Source: Longimicrobiales bacterium
GTDB lineage: Bacteria > Gemmatimonadota > Gemmatimonadetes > Longimicrobiales > Gaopeijiaceae
DNA length: 64,000 bases
Direction of reading: 5' to 3'
Assembly: GCA_965116905.1 (NCBI GenBank)
Contig: OZ220732.1
Location: forward strand, 3,296,001 to 3,360,000
The notes under the pieces: model-generated
Database searches by the model: none
What the model saw: only the letters and a program-made list of their open reading frames with translations
What the model was told of the DNA's origin: nothing
Made by a program: the position numbers and the translations under genes
Part shown: positions 9,530 through 18,481 of the stretch, piece after piece
How the letters are laid out: every line of letters starts with the position of its first letter
Numbering within the stretch: the first letter of the stretch is position 1

Positions 9530-10453
9530 TCATCCGGACACGGCGGCCCGTCCGCAGTCTTCTTCGGCCAGGAAGGCCGCCGTAAGCTCCCCGGTGCAGA
9601 CTTCCCCGATCGGCCCGCGCAGGCGCACCGACCAGTCCGCCGCAAGCTCCACCTCCATGTCGCCGCCCTCCATCACGACGGTCAACCGTCCGCACGGCGC
9701 GAGACCGGATCTCACCACCGCGGCCACCGCCGCGCACGCCGACGTGCCGGACGCGGTTGTCGCCCCTACCCCCCGTTCCCAAATGCGGATCGCGATCCTT
9801 CCGCCAACCGGCAACTCGGCAAACTGCACGTTCGTACCGCGGGGAAACGCCGCGTGGGCTGAAATCAACGGCCCGTAGTGCTCCACTTCCTGGCGGCTCC
9901 AGCCGCTGCGGATCGCAACCGCGTGCGGATTGCCGACCGAGACCGGCACGACGTCGACGCAGCGCTCGCGCCCTCCGGGTGTGGACAGGCGCAATGAGAC
10001 GACGCCTCCGTCTCCGAGTCTTCCCGTGGCCAGGAAGGGGGGGCCGGCCGGGAACTCCACCGGACCCATGGCCGCGCTCGCGTCCCACAGGCCGTCCGCA
10101 CCGGGCCCCGACACCTCCAGCCACACCTCGTCACCGGCGACCACGACCGGAAACGGTCTGCCGCCGGTGTGCCCGGCACGCGCAAGGTACACCCCCGCGA
10201 TACGGAGTCCATTGCCGCTGCGCTCGAATTCCCGCCCGTCGGGGTTGAACATGCGCAGCCGTGCCGGCGCGCCCTCCGGCGCACACTCGACGACGACAAG
10301 GCCATCGGCCCCCGGACCGCGGTGCGGGTGACAGATTCGCCGGATCAACCGGGTCGTGAGCAGCGGCCCGGTCCCCCGTTCAAAGACCAGGTAGTCGTTG
10401 CCGTGGCCGTGTGCCTTGAAGAAGCGCGGCAGAACGCGGATGGCCTCATGCAA
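9530..10453 (-). CDS. dapF: Diaminopimelate epimerase-family protein with Ser at both catalytic positions
   Basis: Motifs FFKAHGHGNDY, GADG, NPDG-E-ERSGNG, VSVGNPHAV, TNVQF, WERGVGATTASGTSACA. TTG start at 10453 after GAGGAG is inferred. Confidence 0.8.
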   Translation of the reverse strand: MHEAIRVLPRFFKAHGHGNDYLVFERGTGPLLTTRLIRRICHPHRGPGADGLVVVECAPEGAPARLRMFNPDGREFERSGNGLRIAGVYLARAGHTGGRPFPVVVAGDEVWLEVSGPGADGLWDASAAMGPVEFPAGPPFLATGRLGDGGVVSLRLSTPGGRERCVDVVPVSVGNPHAVAIRSGWSRQEVEHYGPLISAHAAFPRGTNVQFAELPVGGRIAIRIWERGVGATTASGTSACAAVAAVVRSGLAPCGRLTVVMEGGDMEVELAADWSVRLRGPIGEVCTGELTAAFLAEEDCGRAAVSG

Positions 10454-10590
10454 CTTTTCGGAGTCTCCTCTCGTCAAGCACGGTGACCGCCGGTTCGGAG
10501 GCCGAAAGCACCCTCTCCGGCGGCCACAAAACCAAAAAAAAGACTGAGTGACTGGGCCCGGGAGGGGTCGGCACAGGGGAGGGGAATAAC

Positions 10591-13287
10591 ATGGGGCTGT
10601 GTGGCGCGGTGGAGAAGGGGAAGCGGGGAGGTTGGTGTGCAGTGGCGGTGGCGGTGGCGGCGACGGCGTCGGTGGCAGCACCGGCGGCCCTCCCGGGCCA
10701 AAGCATCGAGAGCGGTGGCACGGAATCGGCAACCGGAGGACGTGCGGCTCCTCCAGCGCTGGAGGCCCACCGCATCAGCGGCCCCGCGCCGGTGATCGAC
10801 GGATTGCTCGACGAGGCGGACTGGCGGGCGGCGATGGTGGCCCGGGATTTTGTGGTCTTCGAGCCCAACGAAGGCATGCCGCCCTCCGAGAATACCGAAG
10901 CCCGGGTGCTCTACGGCGAAGAGGCCATCTATGTCGGCATCCGCGCCTTCGACGCCTCGCCGGACTCCATCGTCACTCGTCTGGCACGAAGAGACGAGCG
11001 ACCCCACTCCGACTGGGTGGACGTGGTGATCGACAGTTACCACGACAAGCGCACCGCATTTCGTTTCGGGGTCAACCCGGCCGGCGTGAAGAACGATTCC
11101 TACATGTTCGACGACACCAACGAGGACGACTCCTGGGACGCGGTGTGGGACGTCGCCACGCGGACCGACGACCAGGGCTGGACGGCCGAGTTCCGCATAC
11201 CGTACTCGCAACTGCGGTTCGACGGCGCTACGCAGCAGACCTGGGGAATCAACTTCGCCCGCTTCATCGCAAGGCACCTGGAGCGCAGCCTCTGGGCCCC
11301 GATCTCGCGGGGCGATGGCGCACTCGTCTCACGGTTCGGCGATCTCGTGGGGCTGCACGACCTCTCGCCCCCGACCCGGCTCGAGGTCCTGCCCTATTCC
11401 CTCGTGCGGATGGAGAGCGCGCCCGGCAACGCCGCTGATCCGTTCCACGATCCTTCCGACTTCTCCTCGACCGTGGGGGCCGACGTCAAGTACGGCCTCA
11501 CCACCGACCTCACCCTGGACGTCACCATCAACCCCGACTTCGGACAGGTGGAAGCCGATCCGGCCCAGGTCAACCTGACCGCCTTCGAGACCTTCTTTCC
11601 GGAGCGCCGCCCGTTTTTCGTGGAGGGCGCCGGCATCTTCTCCTTCCGGTTCTCCGAGGGAGACGGAGACATGGCCAGCGAGGGCCTCTTCTACTCCCGG
11701 CGCATCGGCCGTTCACCGCAGGGACGCGTTCAGTCGTCCGGCTACTTCGACGCGCCCGACCGAACGCGCATCCTCGGCGCAATGAAATTGTCGGGCAAGA
11801 CCCGCTCCGGCTGGTCGCTCGGGGTGCTGCACGCGCTCACCGGACAGGAGGAGGCCCTCCTCGCCACCGGAGCAGGCGCGACAAGCGATCAGGTGGTCGA
11901 GCCACGCGCCCAGTACGGCATGGCCCGGGTAAGCAGGGACTTCCGTGAGGGGAAGAGCGCCGTGGGAATGATCTCGACCTGGACGCGGCGCGACCCCGCC
12001 GCAGCCGGCCCACTCAGTCTGCACAGCGCCGCATACACAGGGGGCGTCGACGCCCGCCACCGCTTCGGAGACGATCGGTTCATCGTTTCCGGCTACCTGC
12101 TCGGCTCGACGGTCCGGGGCTCGGCGGATGCGATCGCCCGCACCCAGCGCTCCCCGGCCCGCTACTTCCAGCGTCCCGACGCCACACACACCGAGTACGA
12201 CCCCACGCGCACCTCGCTGGGCGGCTGGGCGGGATCGGCCACCCTGGCCAAGATCTCCGGGGGGTACTGGCGTTTCGCGACCGGGGCGATGGCGCGCTCA
12301 CCCGGCTTCGACTCCAACGATCTCGGCTTCATGCGGGAGGGGGACTTCATCGCACCCTTCGTCTGGGTAGGCTACCAGCACTTCCGGCCAACCGACCACT
12401 TTCAGCGCTGGCACGTCAACTTCAACGCCTGGACGCCCTACAGCTTCGGCGGAGAGGCCTATTCCAGGGGCGCGAACGTCAACGCCAGCGCTACCCTCAA
12501 CAACTTCTGGGGCGGCTACTTCGGCGTCATGAGACAGTCCGAGGGGCTGTCGAATACGATGTTGCGCGGTGGCCCGATGCTGCTGCGGGACCCATCGTGG
12601 GGCGGCTGGTACGGGTTCTGGTCGGATTCCCGCAAGCCGCTGCAGGTCGAGGTCGGCAACAACTGGCAACTCCGCCGGGAGAGCGGATCCTGGAGCTACG
12701 GAGCCGATGCGAACCTGCGCTGGCGGCCGTCGCCGCGCGCGACCCTCAGCGCGGGTCCCTTTGTCAACTGGAGACAAGAGGACCTGCAGTGGGTCGGACG
12801 TTTCGGGGCGGAGGTCCCCAACTACGTCTTTGCCGAGCTGTCGCAGACGACCGTCGGCATCACCGCCCGGGCGGACTGGACCTTCTCGCCCAACCTGTCG
12901 TTGCAGGTCTACGCGCAACCCTTCGTGTCGGCCGCCGACTACGGATCGTTCAAGCGCATCACGGACTCGCGCGCGACGGCCTACGCGGACCGGTTCGCCA
13001 ACCTGGGGACCGCGGACGGGGGCGATGGAACCCTCCAGGCCGACATCGACGGCGACGGCGCCGCCGACACCTTCCGCAACCCGGACTTCAACTTCAAGCA
13101 GTTCCGCTCGAACGTGGTGCTGCGCTGGGAATACCAGCCCGGGTCCGCGCTCTTCCTGGTGTGGTCGCAGGGGCGAGACCACTACGCCCAGACCGGCGAC
13201 TTCTCCTTCCGCAACGACCTCGACACCCTTCTCCACCAGCCTGGCCAGGACGTGCTCATGCTCAAGCTGAGCTACTGGCTCGGATAG
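10591..13287 (+). CDS. Secreted CBM9-like/DOMON + DUF5916 outer-membrane protein
   Basis: Signal-like N-terminus. Motifs PVIDGLLDEADW, WTAEFRIPYSQLRF, INPDFGQVEAD, FFPERRPFFVEG, FYSRRIG, and a C-terminal KLSYWLG beta-signal. Confidence 0.8.
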   Translation: MGLCGAVEKGKRGGWCAVAVAVAATASVAAPAALPGQSIESGGTESATGGRAAPPALEAHRISGPAPVIDGLLDEADWRAAMVARDFVVFEPNEGMPPSENTEARVLYGEEAIYVGIRAFDASPDSIVTRLARRDERPHSDWVDVVIDSYHDKRTAFRFGVNPAGVKNDSYMFDDTNEDDSWDAVWDVATRTDDQGWTAEFRIPYSQLRFDGATQQTWGINFARFIARHLERSLWAPISRGDGALVSRFGDLVGLHDLSPPTRLEVLPYSLVRMESAPGNAADPFHDPSDFSSTVGADVKYGLTTDLTLDVTINPDFGQVEADPAQVNLTAFETFFPERRPFFVEGAGIFSFRFSEGDGDMASEGLFYSRRIGRSPQGRVQSSGYFDAPDRTRILGAMKLSGKTRSGWSLGVLHALTGQEEALLATGAGATSDQVVEPRAQYGMARVSRDFREGKSAVGMISTWTRRDPAAAGPLSLHSAAYTGGVDARHRFGDDRFIVSGYLLGSTVRGSADAIARTQRSPARYFQRPDATHTEYDPTRTSLGGWAGSATLAKISGGYWRFATGAMARSPGFDSNDLGFMREGDFIAPFVWVGYQHFRPTDHFQRWHVNFNAWTPYSFGGEAYSRGANVNASATLNNFWGGYFGVMRQSEGLSNTMLRGGPMLLRDPSWGGWYGFWSDSRKPLQVEVGNNWQLRRESGSWSYGADANLRWRPSPRATLSAGPFVNWRQEDLQWVGRFGAEVPNYVFAELSQTTVGITARADWTFSPNLSLQVYAQPFVSAADYGSFKRITDSRATAYADRFANLGTADGGDGTLQADIDGDGAADTFRNPDFNFKQFRSNVVLRWEYQPGSALFLVWSQGRDHYAQTGDFSFRNDLDTLLHQPGQDVLMLKLSYWLG

Positions 13288-13423
13288 ACTGACGGGGACA
13301 CCGCCGCGCCGCTCCGGCGGCCGGCGGACAGGAGGCCGGTGTGGGCGCGTGTGGGCGCCCGCCCGGCCTCCGCCCGTCTCCGGGGCGGCCGTTGTGCCGG
13401 ACCGCCCCGCACGGCATACTTCG

Positions 13424-14905
13424 GTGCAATCGACCGGCCTGCCCACATCGACCGCGAGGACCACCACGCCCCCCCTGCCCCGCTTCGTCGCGGTCGTCAA
13501 GGACGACTGCGAGACCTGCCACCTCGTCGCACCCCTCCTCGCACAGATCGCGGCGGCAGGCCATCCGCTCGACGTGTATTGGCAAGACGACGGGGCCTTT
13601 CTGCCGACCTCTCTCGCCACGGTGGACGACCGCCATCTGGAGCATTCGTTCCGCATGGACATCGTGACGGTCCCCACCCTGATCCGGCTGGAAGACGGAG
13701 CGGAGACGAGACGGACCGAGGGATGGGACGCGGCCGACTGGCGCACCCTGACCGGCCTGGAAGGGCTCGGCGAGGCACTTCCGGCCCGTCGCCCCGGCTG
13801 CGGCTCACGCTCGGTCGAACCGGGCGTCGCGGAAGCACTTAGGGCGCGTTACGGCGAGACCGGGATCCTGGCACGCGAGGTCGTTCTCGGCGACATGATG
13901 GACCCCGTCGAGGCGTGCTTCGATCGCGGCTGGACCGACGGCCTCCCCGTCGTGCCCCCGACCCCCGAGCGAATCCTGCGCATGCTCGCCGGCACGAGGC
14001 GCGATCCGCACGAGATCGTCGGCCGCGTTCCGCCGGACATGGTCCCGTGCACGGTGGAGAAGGTTGCGATCAACGCGGTCATGGCGGGATGCAGACCCGA
14101 GTACCTCCCCGTAGTGCTGGCCGCGCTCGAGGCCGCGCTGGACCCCGCGTTCACCCTGCACGGTGTGACCTGCAGCACCTGCTTCTCCAGTCCCGTCGTC
14201 ATCGTCAACGGCCCGATCGCGAAGCGCCTGGGCATGAACTCGGGCATGAACGCGCTCGGCCAGGGCAACCGCGCCAACGCGACGATCGGACGCGCGCTCA
14301 ACCTCGTGGTCCGAAACGTCGGCGGCGGGCGGCCCGGCGAAATCGATCGCGCCACCCTGGGTACGCCCGGCAAGTACACGTTCTGCTTCGCCGAGGACGA
14401 GTCGGACGACGGCTGGACGCCTCTCGCGGTGGCACGGGGGGTTCCTCCCGGGTCGAGTGCCGTCACCGTCTTCGCCGGGGACGGTGTCCAGGGCGTCTGG
14501 GACCAGAAGGCGCGCACACCCGCCGAGCTGACGCATTCCCTCGCCATGGCGCTCACCGCAGTGGGGCATCCGAAGCTGTGCGAGTGGGTGCAGGCGGTTC
14601 TCGTTCTCTCGCCCGAGCACTACGCCATCTACCGCGGGGCCGGCTGGGACCGTGACCGGATCACCACCGGCCTCCAGGAGGCCCTGTCGCGCCCCGGCGC
14701 CGAGGTCGCGGCCGGGGTGGGTGGCGTCGCGGAGGGCATGCCGCCCTCACGCCGAGGCGAACAGGTACCCAAGTTTCATCCGAACGGCCTCCTGTTGGTC
14801 CGCGCAGGCGGACCGGCAGGGTTGATGTCCGCCATCCTGTCGGGCTGGCCGGGAGGACGCGACTACGAGGAATCCCACCCCATCACACGAGGAATCGTCG
14901 AATGA
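13424..14905 (+). CDS. Thioredoxin-like (CxxC) domain fused to the GWTDGLPVVPPT domain found with UGSC selenoproteins
   Basis: VVKDDCETC and IVTVPTLI (Trx-like cis-Pro loop), RPGCGS, GWTDGLPVVPPT, EKVAINAVMAGC, GVTCSTC, GNRANATIGRA. Start is uncertain (13349, 13424 or further downstream). Confidence 0.75.
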   Translation: MQSTGLPTSTARTTTPPLPRFVAVVKDDCETCHLVAPLLAQIAAAGHPLDVYWQDDGAFLPTSLATVDDRHLEHSFRMDIVTVPTLIRLEDGAETRRTEGWDAADWRTLTGLEGLGEALPARRPGCGSRSVEPGVAEALRARYGETGILAREVVLGDMMDPVEACFDRGWTDGLPVVPPTPERILRMLAGTRRDPHEIVGRVPPDMVPCTVEKVAINAVMAGCRPEYLPVVLAALEAALDPAFTLHGVTCSTCFSSPVVIVNGPIAKRLGMNSGMNALGQGNRANATIGRALNLVVRNVGGGRPGEIDRATLGTPGKYTFCFAEDESDDGWTPLAVARGVPPGSSAVTVFAGDGVQGVWDQKARTPAELTHSLAMALTAVGHPKLCEWVQAVLVLSPEHYAIYRGAGWDRDRITTGLQEALSRPGAEVAAGVGGVAEGMPPSRRGEQVPKFHPNGLLLVRAGGPAGLMSAILSGWPGGRDYEESHPITRGIVE

Positions 14906-15462
14906 ACAACCCCGAAATCCGGCTGCACGATCCCACGTCCGAATCCGCTCCGGCCGTCCGTCCCCGCCACCCTCCCCTTCCATCGCTGGCGGACAGAACG
15001 GTGGCGCTGTTCGACATCGGCAAGACACGCTCGGACGAGTTCCTGGATTACCTCGAAGCCCGGTTCCGGGCGCTGGACATCGCCACCGGGCGCTTCGCCA
15101 AGCCGACCAACGCCAAGCCCGCGTCCACGGAGACTCTGGACGCGATCGCGGCGGGCGCGGATGCGGTCGTCGTGGCGCTCGCCGACTGAGGCTCCTGCGT
15201 ATCATGCGGTCTGCATGACATCAGGATGCTCGACGATCGGGGCGTTCCCGGTCTCCTCGTAGCCACGACGGCCTTCGAGGACGCGGCCGCGCATCAGGCG
15301 CGCTCGCTCGGCTTCGATCCCGCCGTCGCCTGGGTGCCGCACCCCGTACAGAACCGGAGTCCCGACGAGCTGGAGGCCCTGGCCGCCATGGCGATGAAGT
15401 CCGTCCTGCGACACCTGACTTCGGACGGCGGGGACGACCTCGACCCGGGCACGACCCCCTGA
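14902..15462 (+). CDS. UGSC-family selenoprotein, 186 aa, TGA at 15187-15189 read as selenocysteine (codon 96)
   Basis: Track ORFs 14902-15189 and 15226-15462 are in the same frame with no other stop. Read-through gives VVALAD-U-GSCVSCGLHDIRMLDDRGVP. A SECIS-like hairpin follows, and the start overlaps the upstream stop (ATGA). Confidence 0.88.
15190..15226 (+). promoter_or_regulatory. Bacterial SECIS-like mRNA hairpin
   Basis: Lower stem TCCTG(15193-97)/CAGGA(15222-26). Upper stem TCATGC(15202-07)/GCATGA(15213-18). Loop GGTCT starts 18 nt after the UGA and resembles the E. coli fdhF SECIS apex (GCAGGTCTGC). Confidence 0.8.
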
Positions 15463-15498
15463 CCCCGACCCCGGTGACCCCTGCGCCTCCCGTCGCCG

Positions 15499-17262
15499 CT
15501 ACACGGGCGTCGTGGCGATCAGCAGCACCACGAGCACGACAAGCGTGAGCGGGGTGCCCAGCCGTGCGTAGTCCCCGAAATGATACCCTCCCGGGCCGTA
15601 GACCATCAGGTTGGTCTGGTACGCCACCGGCGTCATGAAGGACGCCGACGCGGAAAGCGCGACGGCCACCGCCGCCGCCCGCGCGTCGATCCCGAAGTCC
15701 GCGGCCGTCGAGAGCGCGATGGGCAGAACGAGCGCGGCGGCCGCGTTGTTGGTGATGAAGGAACTGAGCACCACGGTGCTGATCACGATGCCCGCCATGG
15801 CGCCCTGGGGCCCGAAGCGCCCGAGGACATCATTGACGAGCTGGGCGGCAGACTGGCCCAGGCCGGAGCTGTCGACCGCGGCGGCAAGCCCGAACGCGGC
15901 GCCGATCACGATGATGACCTCGAAATCGATCGAATCCTTGGCTTCATTCGTGGTCAGGATGCCGGAGCCGATAAGGACGAGCGCGCCGATCAGGGACAGG
16001 TGCAGGATGGGAAGCACGCCCAGGCCGGCGCCGAGCACGATGACCGCGGCAACACCCGCCACGACGGCCGCCTTTCCCGTGGGCTCCGGGGCCGTGTCCC
16101 CAAGGCGGGGCACAAGCAGAAAGTCGGTGCGGTGGCGCCAGCGCTCGCCGAAGCCCCGGTCCGAGATGAGCAGCAGCGTATCGCCGGCGCGGAGAGGCTC
16201 GCGCGCGAGGTGACCCTTGATCGGCTCCCCCGCCCGGTGGATCGCCACTACGGTGCCCTGATAGCGCGCCAGAAACTGGATGTCCACGAGCGAGCGGCCC
16301 ACGAGCCGGGACTCAGGCGCGATGACCGCCTCGAAGTACGCGTGCCGCGGGCTGCCCACCTCGTGGGGCAGGTGCGGCTCCTGGGCCGACGCTATGCCCG
16401 ACACGTCGTGCAGCTCGAGCACCGTGTCCATCCCTCCGACCAGCGTGACGTAATCGCCGCCCTTGAGCACCGTACGCCCCGAAACCTGCGCCGCCCCTTC
16501 ACCGTCGCGCTCGAAATACACGATCACCGCACCCTCGGGGAACCGCGTCCGGGCCTCGCTGACCGCCAGCCCATCGACGGGCCCGCCGGGCTCGACCACC
16601 ATGCGGACCGAGAAGCTCCGGCCCTCTGAACGCGCCTCCTGGCGCGGCGGCAGCCGGTCCGGCAGAAGCTTCGGCGAGAGCACGACGGTGATCACGAGGC
16701 CCAACAGGGCCATCGGCAGGGCGAGCCGGGTCAACTCGAACATCGAGAAGGGATCATGTCCCTCCGCCTGGAGCAGACCCGAGACCACGATGTTCGTGGA
16801 TGTGCCGATCAGCGTGGTCATGCCCCCCAGAATGGCGGCGAACGAAAGCGGCATGAGGTAGCGGGACGCCGAGTCTCCGCGCCGGTCGGCCCACTCCGCC
16901 ACCTGCGGCGCCAGCATGGCGATGATCGGGGTATTGTTCAGGAACGCGGACGAGGCGGCCACGGGAACCGTAATCCGCGCGAGCGCGGTGCGCAGACCGC
17001 GGGCCTTCCCCAGGGTCGCGCGCACGAGGGGCTGCAGCGCCCCGCTCTTTTCCACCCCCCGCGCCAGGATGTAGAGCGCGGCAACGGTGATGGGCGCCGG
17101 ATTCGAGAACCCCTGGAACGCCTGCCCCGGACTCACGACATCCGCCACCATGAGCACCACGACCGCGGCCCCGAAGGTGACGGCCGGTGATACCAGTTCG
17201 CGAGCGAGCACCACGACGGCCACCGAGACGACCGCCAGCGTCAGCCACGCGTCGGCGCTCAT
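15499..17262 (-). CDS. SLC13/CitMHS-type permease with TrkA-C domains (di/tricarboxylate or sulfate transporter)
   Basis: GFSNPAPITVAAL, SAFLNNTP, LIGTSTN, two central TrkA-C-like domains, ITNNAAAAL, TPVAYQTNLMVYGPGGY. Confidence 0.88.
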   Translation of the reverse strand: MSADAWLTLAVVSVAVVVLARELVSPAVTFGAAVVVLMVADVVSPGQAFQGFSNPAPITVAALYILARGVEKSGALQPLVRATLGKARGLRTALARITVPVAASSAFLNNTPIIAMLAPQVAEWADRRGDSASRYLMPLSFAAILGGMTTLIGTSTNIVVSGLLQAEGHDPFSMFELTRLALPMALLGLVITVVLSPKLLPDRLPPRQEARSEGRSFSVRMVVEPGGPVDGLAVSEARTRFPEGAVIVYFERDGEGAAQVSGRTVLKGGDYVTLVGGMDTVLELHDVSGIASAQEPHLPHEVGSPRHAYFEAVIAPESRLVGRSLVDIQFLARYQGTVVAIHRAGEPIKGHLAREPLRAGDTLLLISDRGFGERWRHRTDFLLVPRLGDTAPEPTGKAAVVAGVAAVIVLGAGLGVLPILHLSLIGALVLIGSGILTTNEAKDSIDFEVIIVIGAAFGLAAAVDSSGLGQSAAQLVNDVLGRFGPQGAMAGIVISTVVLSSFITNNAAAALVLPIALSTAADFGIDARAAAVAVALSASASFMTPVAYQTNLMVYGPGGYHFGDYARLGTPLTLVVLVVLLIATTPV

Positions 17263-17277
17263 GGACTCGTGTGCGGA

Positions 17278-17895
17278 TCAGCCGCGATCGTACGCCAGGA
17301 CGAGTGGCTCGCTCGGACCGCTGGCCACGATGGTGCGGGTCATGATCATCCGGTCACCGATGACTTCCAGCTGCTCGCGGACCCGGCCTCCACCCACTAC
17401 CTGGTGATCGAGTCTCAGGATCGGGCCCTCCCACGACACGCTGGTCCGAATCCGGTGTTCACCCTCGCGCATCTCGAAATCGGTGCCGTCCATCGGTACG
17501 GTGATGGTCGTGCCGGGCACCGGCGTGTACCCCAATTCGACCGCGCTGGCGCGGAGCAACAGCGTTTCCGGCCGCCTGCGCAGCACTTCGATGGTCGCAC
17601 GCATATCCGAGACCGACATGCGCCGCGACTCGACCATGCGGCGGTAGCGCCGCATCGCACGGCTCTCGTTGCGGGCGATGTCGGCCACCGGCGCTTCGTC
17701 GGCCACGCCCTCGAGCTGATTGGGGATCTGGGCCGAACTGCTGGACTCGTCCAGCTCCCAGCGCCCCGAGTAGGCGGCAAACAGCTCCTCGGCCTGCGCT
17801 CCGCTGACCGGCGGACCCCCGCCTCCGGAAGCGCACCCCCACGTGCCCGCGGAGAGCACGGCGATCGCAAGAATACTGCGGGTTCGGAGATTCAT
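17278..17895 (-). CDS. Hypothetical lipoprotein
   Basis: Signal peptide with lipobox TWG-C. YSGRWELDESSS N-terminal strand suggests a lipocalin-like barrel. Confidence 0.65.
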   Translation of the reverse strand: MNLRTRSILAIAVLSAGTWGCASGGGGPPVSGAQAEELFAAYSGRWELDESSSSAQIPNQLEGVADEAPVADIARNESRAMRRYRRMVESRRMSVSDMRATIEVLRRRPETLLLRASAVELGYTPVPGTTITVPMDGTDFEMREGEHRIRTSVSWEGPILRLDHQVVGGGRVREQLEVIGDRMIMTRTIVASGPSEPLVLAYDRG

Positions 17896-17976
17896 CGCGG
17901 AATCCTCGTGCCTGATCGGGTCGTTGCGCCGGGGCCCGATTGCGCGCAGCGCCCGGGCACCGCCATCCGTGCCGCA

Positions 17977-18004
17977 AGTATAGCGGCGGCTACTCCCGAT
18001 GCAA
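17977..18004 (-). promoter_or_regulatory. Candidate sigma70 promoter of the lipoprotein gene
   Basis: Minus strand TTGCAT-16 nt-TATACT. The -10 sits inside a GCCGC...GCGGC inverted repeat. Confidence 0.4.
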
Positions 18005-18057
18005 GACTCCGGACCGGGTGCGGCCCGGCCGGGCCCGGCGGGATCGGGTCCCGCGCG

Positions 18058-18393
18058 CTATCCGAGGAAGAGGCCGAGCACGAGGTTCGCAAGCGCGAGC
18101 GTTACCGACCCGACGAGTGCCGAGCGGAAGTTCCTGACCTCCATCCCCCGGATCACGGAACCCGTCACCATGAGCGCGACGGCGTTGATCACCAGCAGAG
18201 CGGGAATCATGAGGATGCCGAGCGACGGCATGAACCCGCGCGCAATCCAGACCAGCACGAAGTTGACCAGCCCAAGCACCAGTGTTCCGAACAGCGCCGC
18301 CTTGGCGTCGCGCACGCTGATTCCCTCGACCATCCTGCCCACCAGGAAAAGAGCGGCGGCGTTGGCCAGCATATGGATTACGAATCCCAGCAT
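18058..18393 (-). CDS. YvlD/DUF360 (phage holin 4_2-family) membrane protein
   Basis: 111 aa, four hydrophobic helices, ALFGTLVLGLVN and LLVINAVAL patterns. Confidence 0.75.
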   Translation of the reverse strand: MLGFVIHMLANAAALFLVGRMVEGISVRDAKAALFGTLVLGLVNFVLVWIARGFMPSLGILMIPALLVINAVALMVTGSVIRGMEVRNFRSALVGSVTLALANLVLGLFLG

Positions 18394-18481
18394 GTTGTCC
18401 CTCCGTGTGGTCCTGCCCGTCCTGTCCCGTGCTCCTGCACCTCATCTCCATGTGCCCCTACGTGCCGCGGCGCCGGAAGGT

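Noticed and set aside
14902..15189. Treating 14902-15189 and 15226-15462 as two small genes or a nonsense pseudogene
   Set aside because: They share a frame with a single TGA in a redox-motif position followed by a SECIS-like hairpin; selenocysteine read-through explains this better.
18058..18393. Holin-family gene as evidence of a prophage
   Set aside because: This family is commonly chromosomal, and there is no endolysin, integrase or structural gene nearby.
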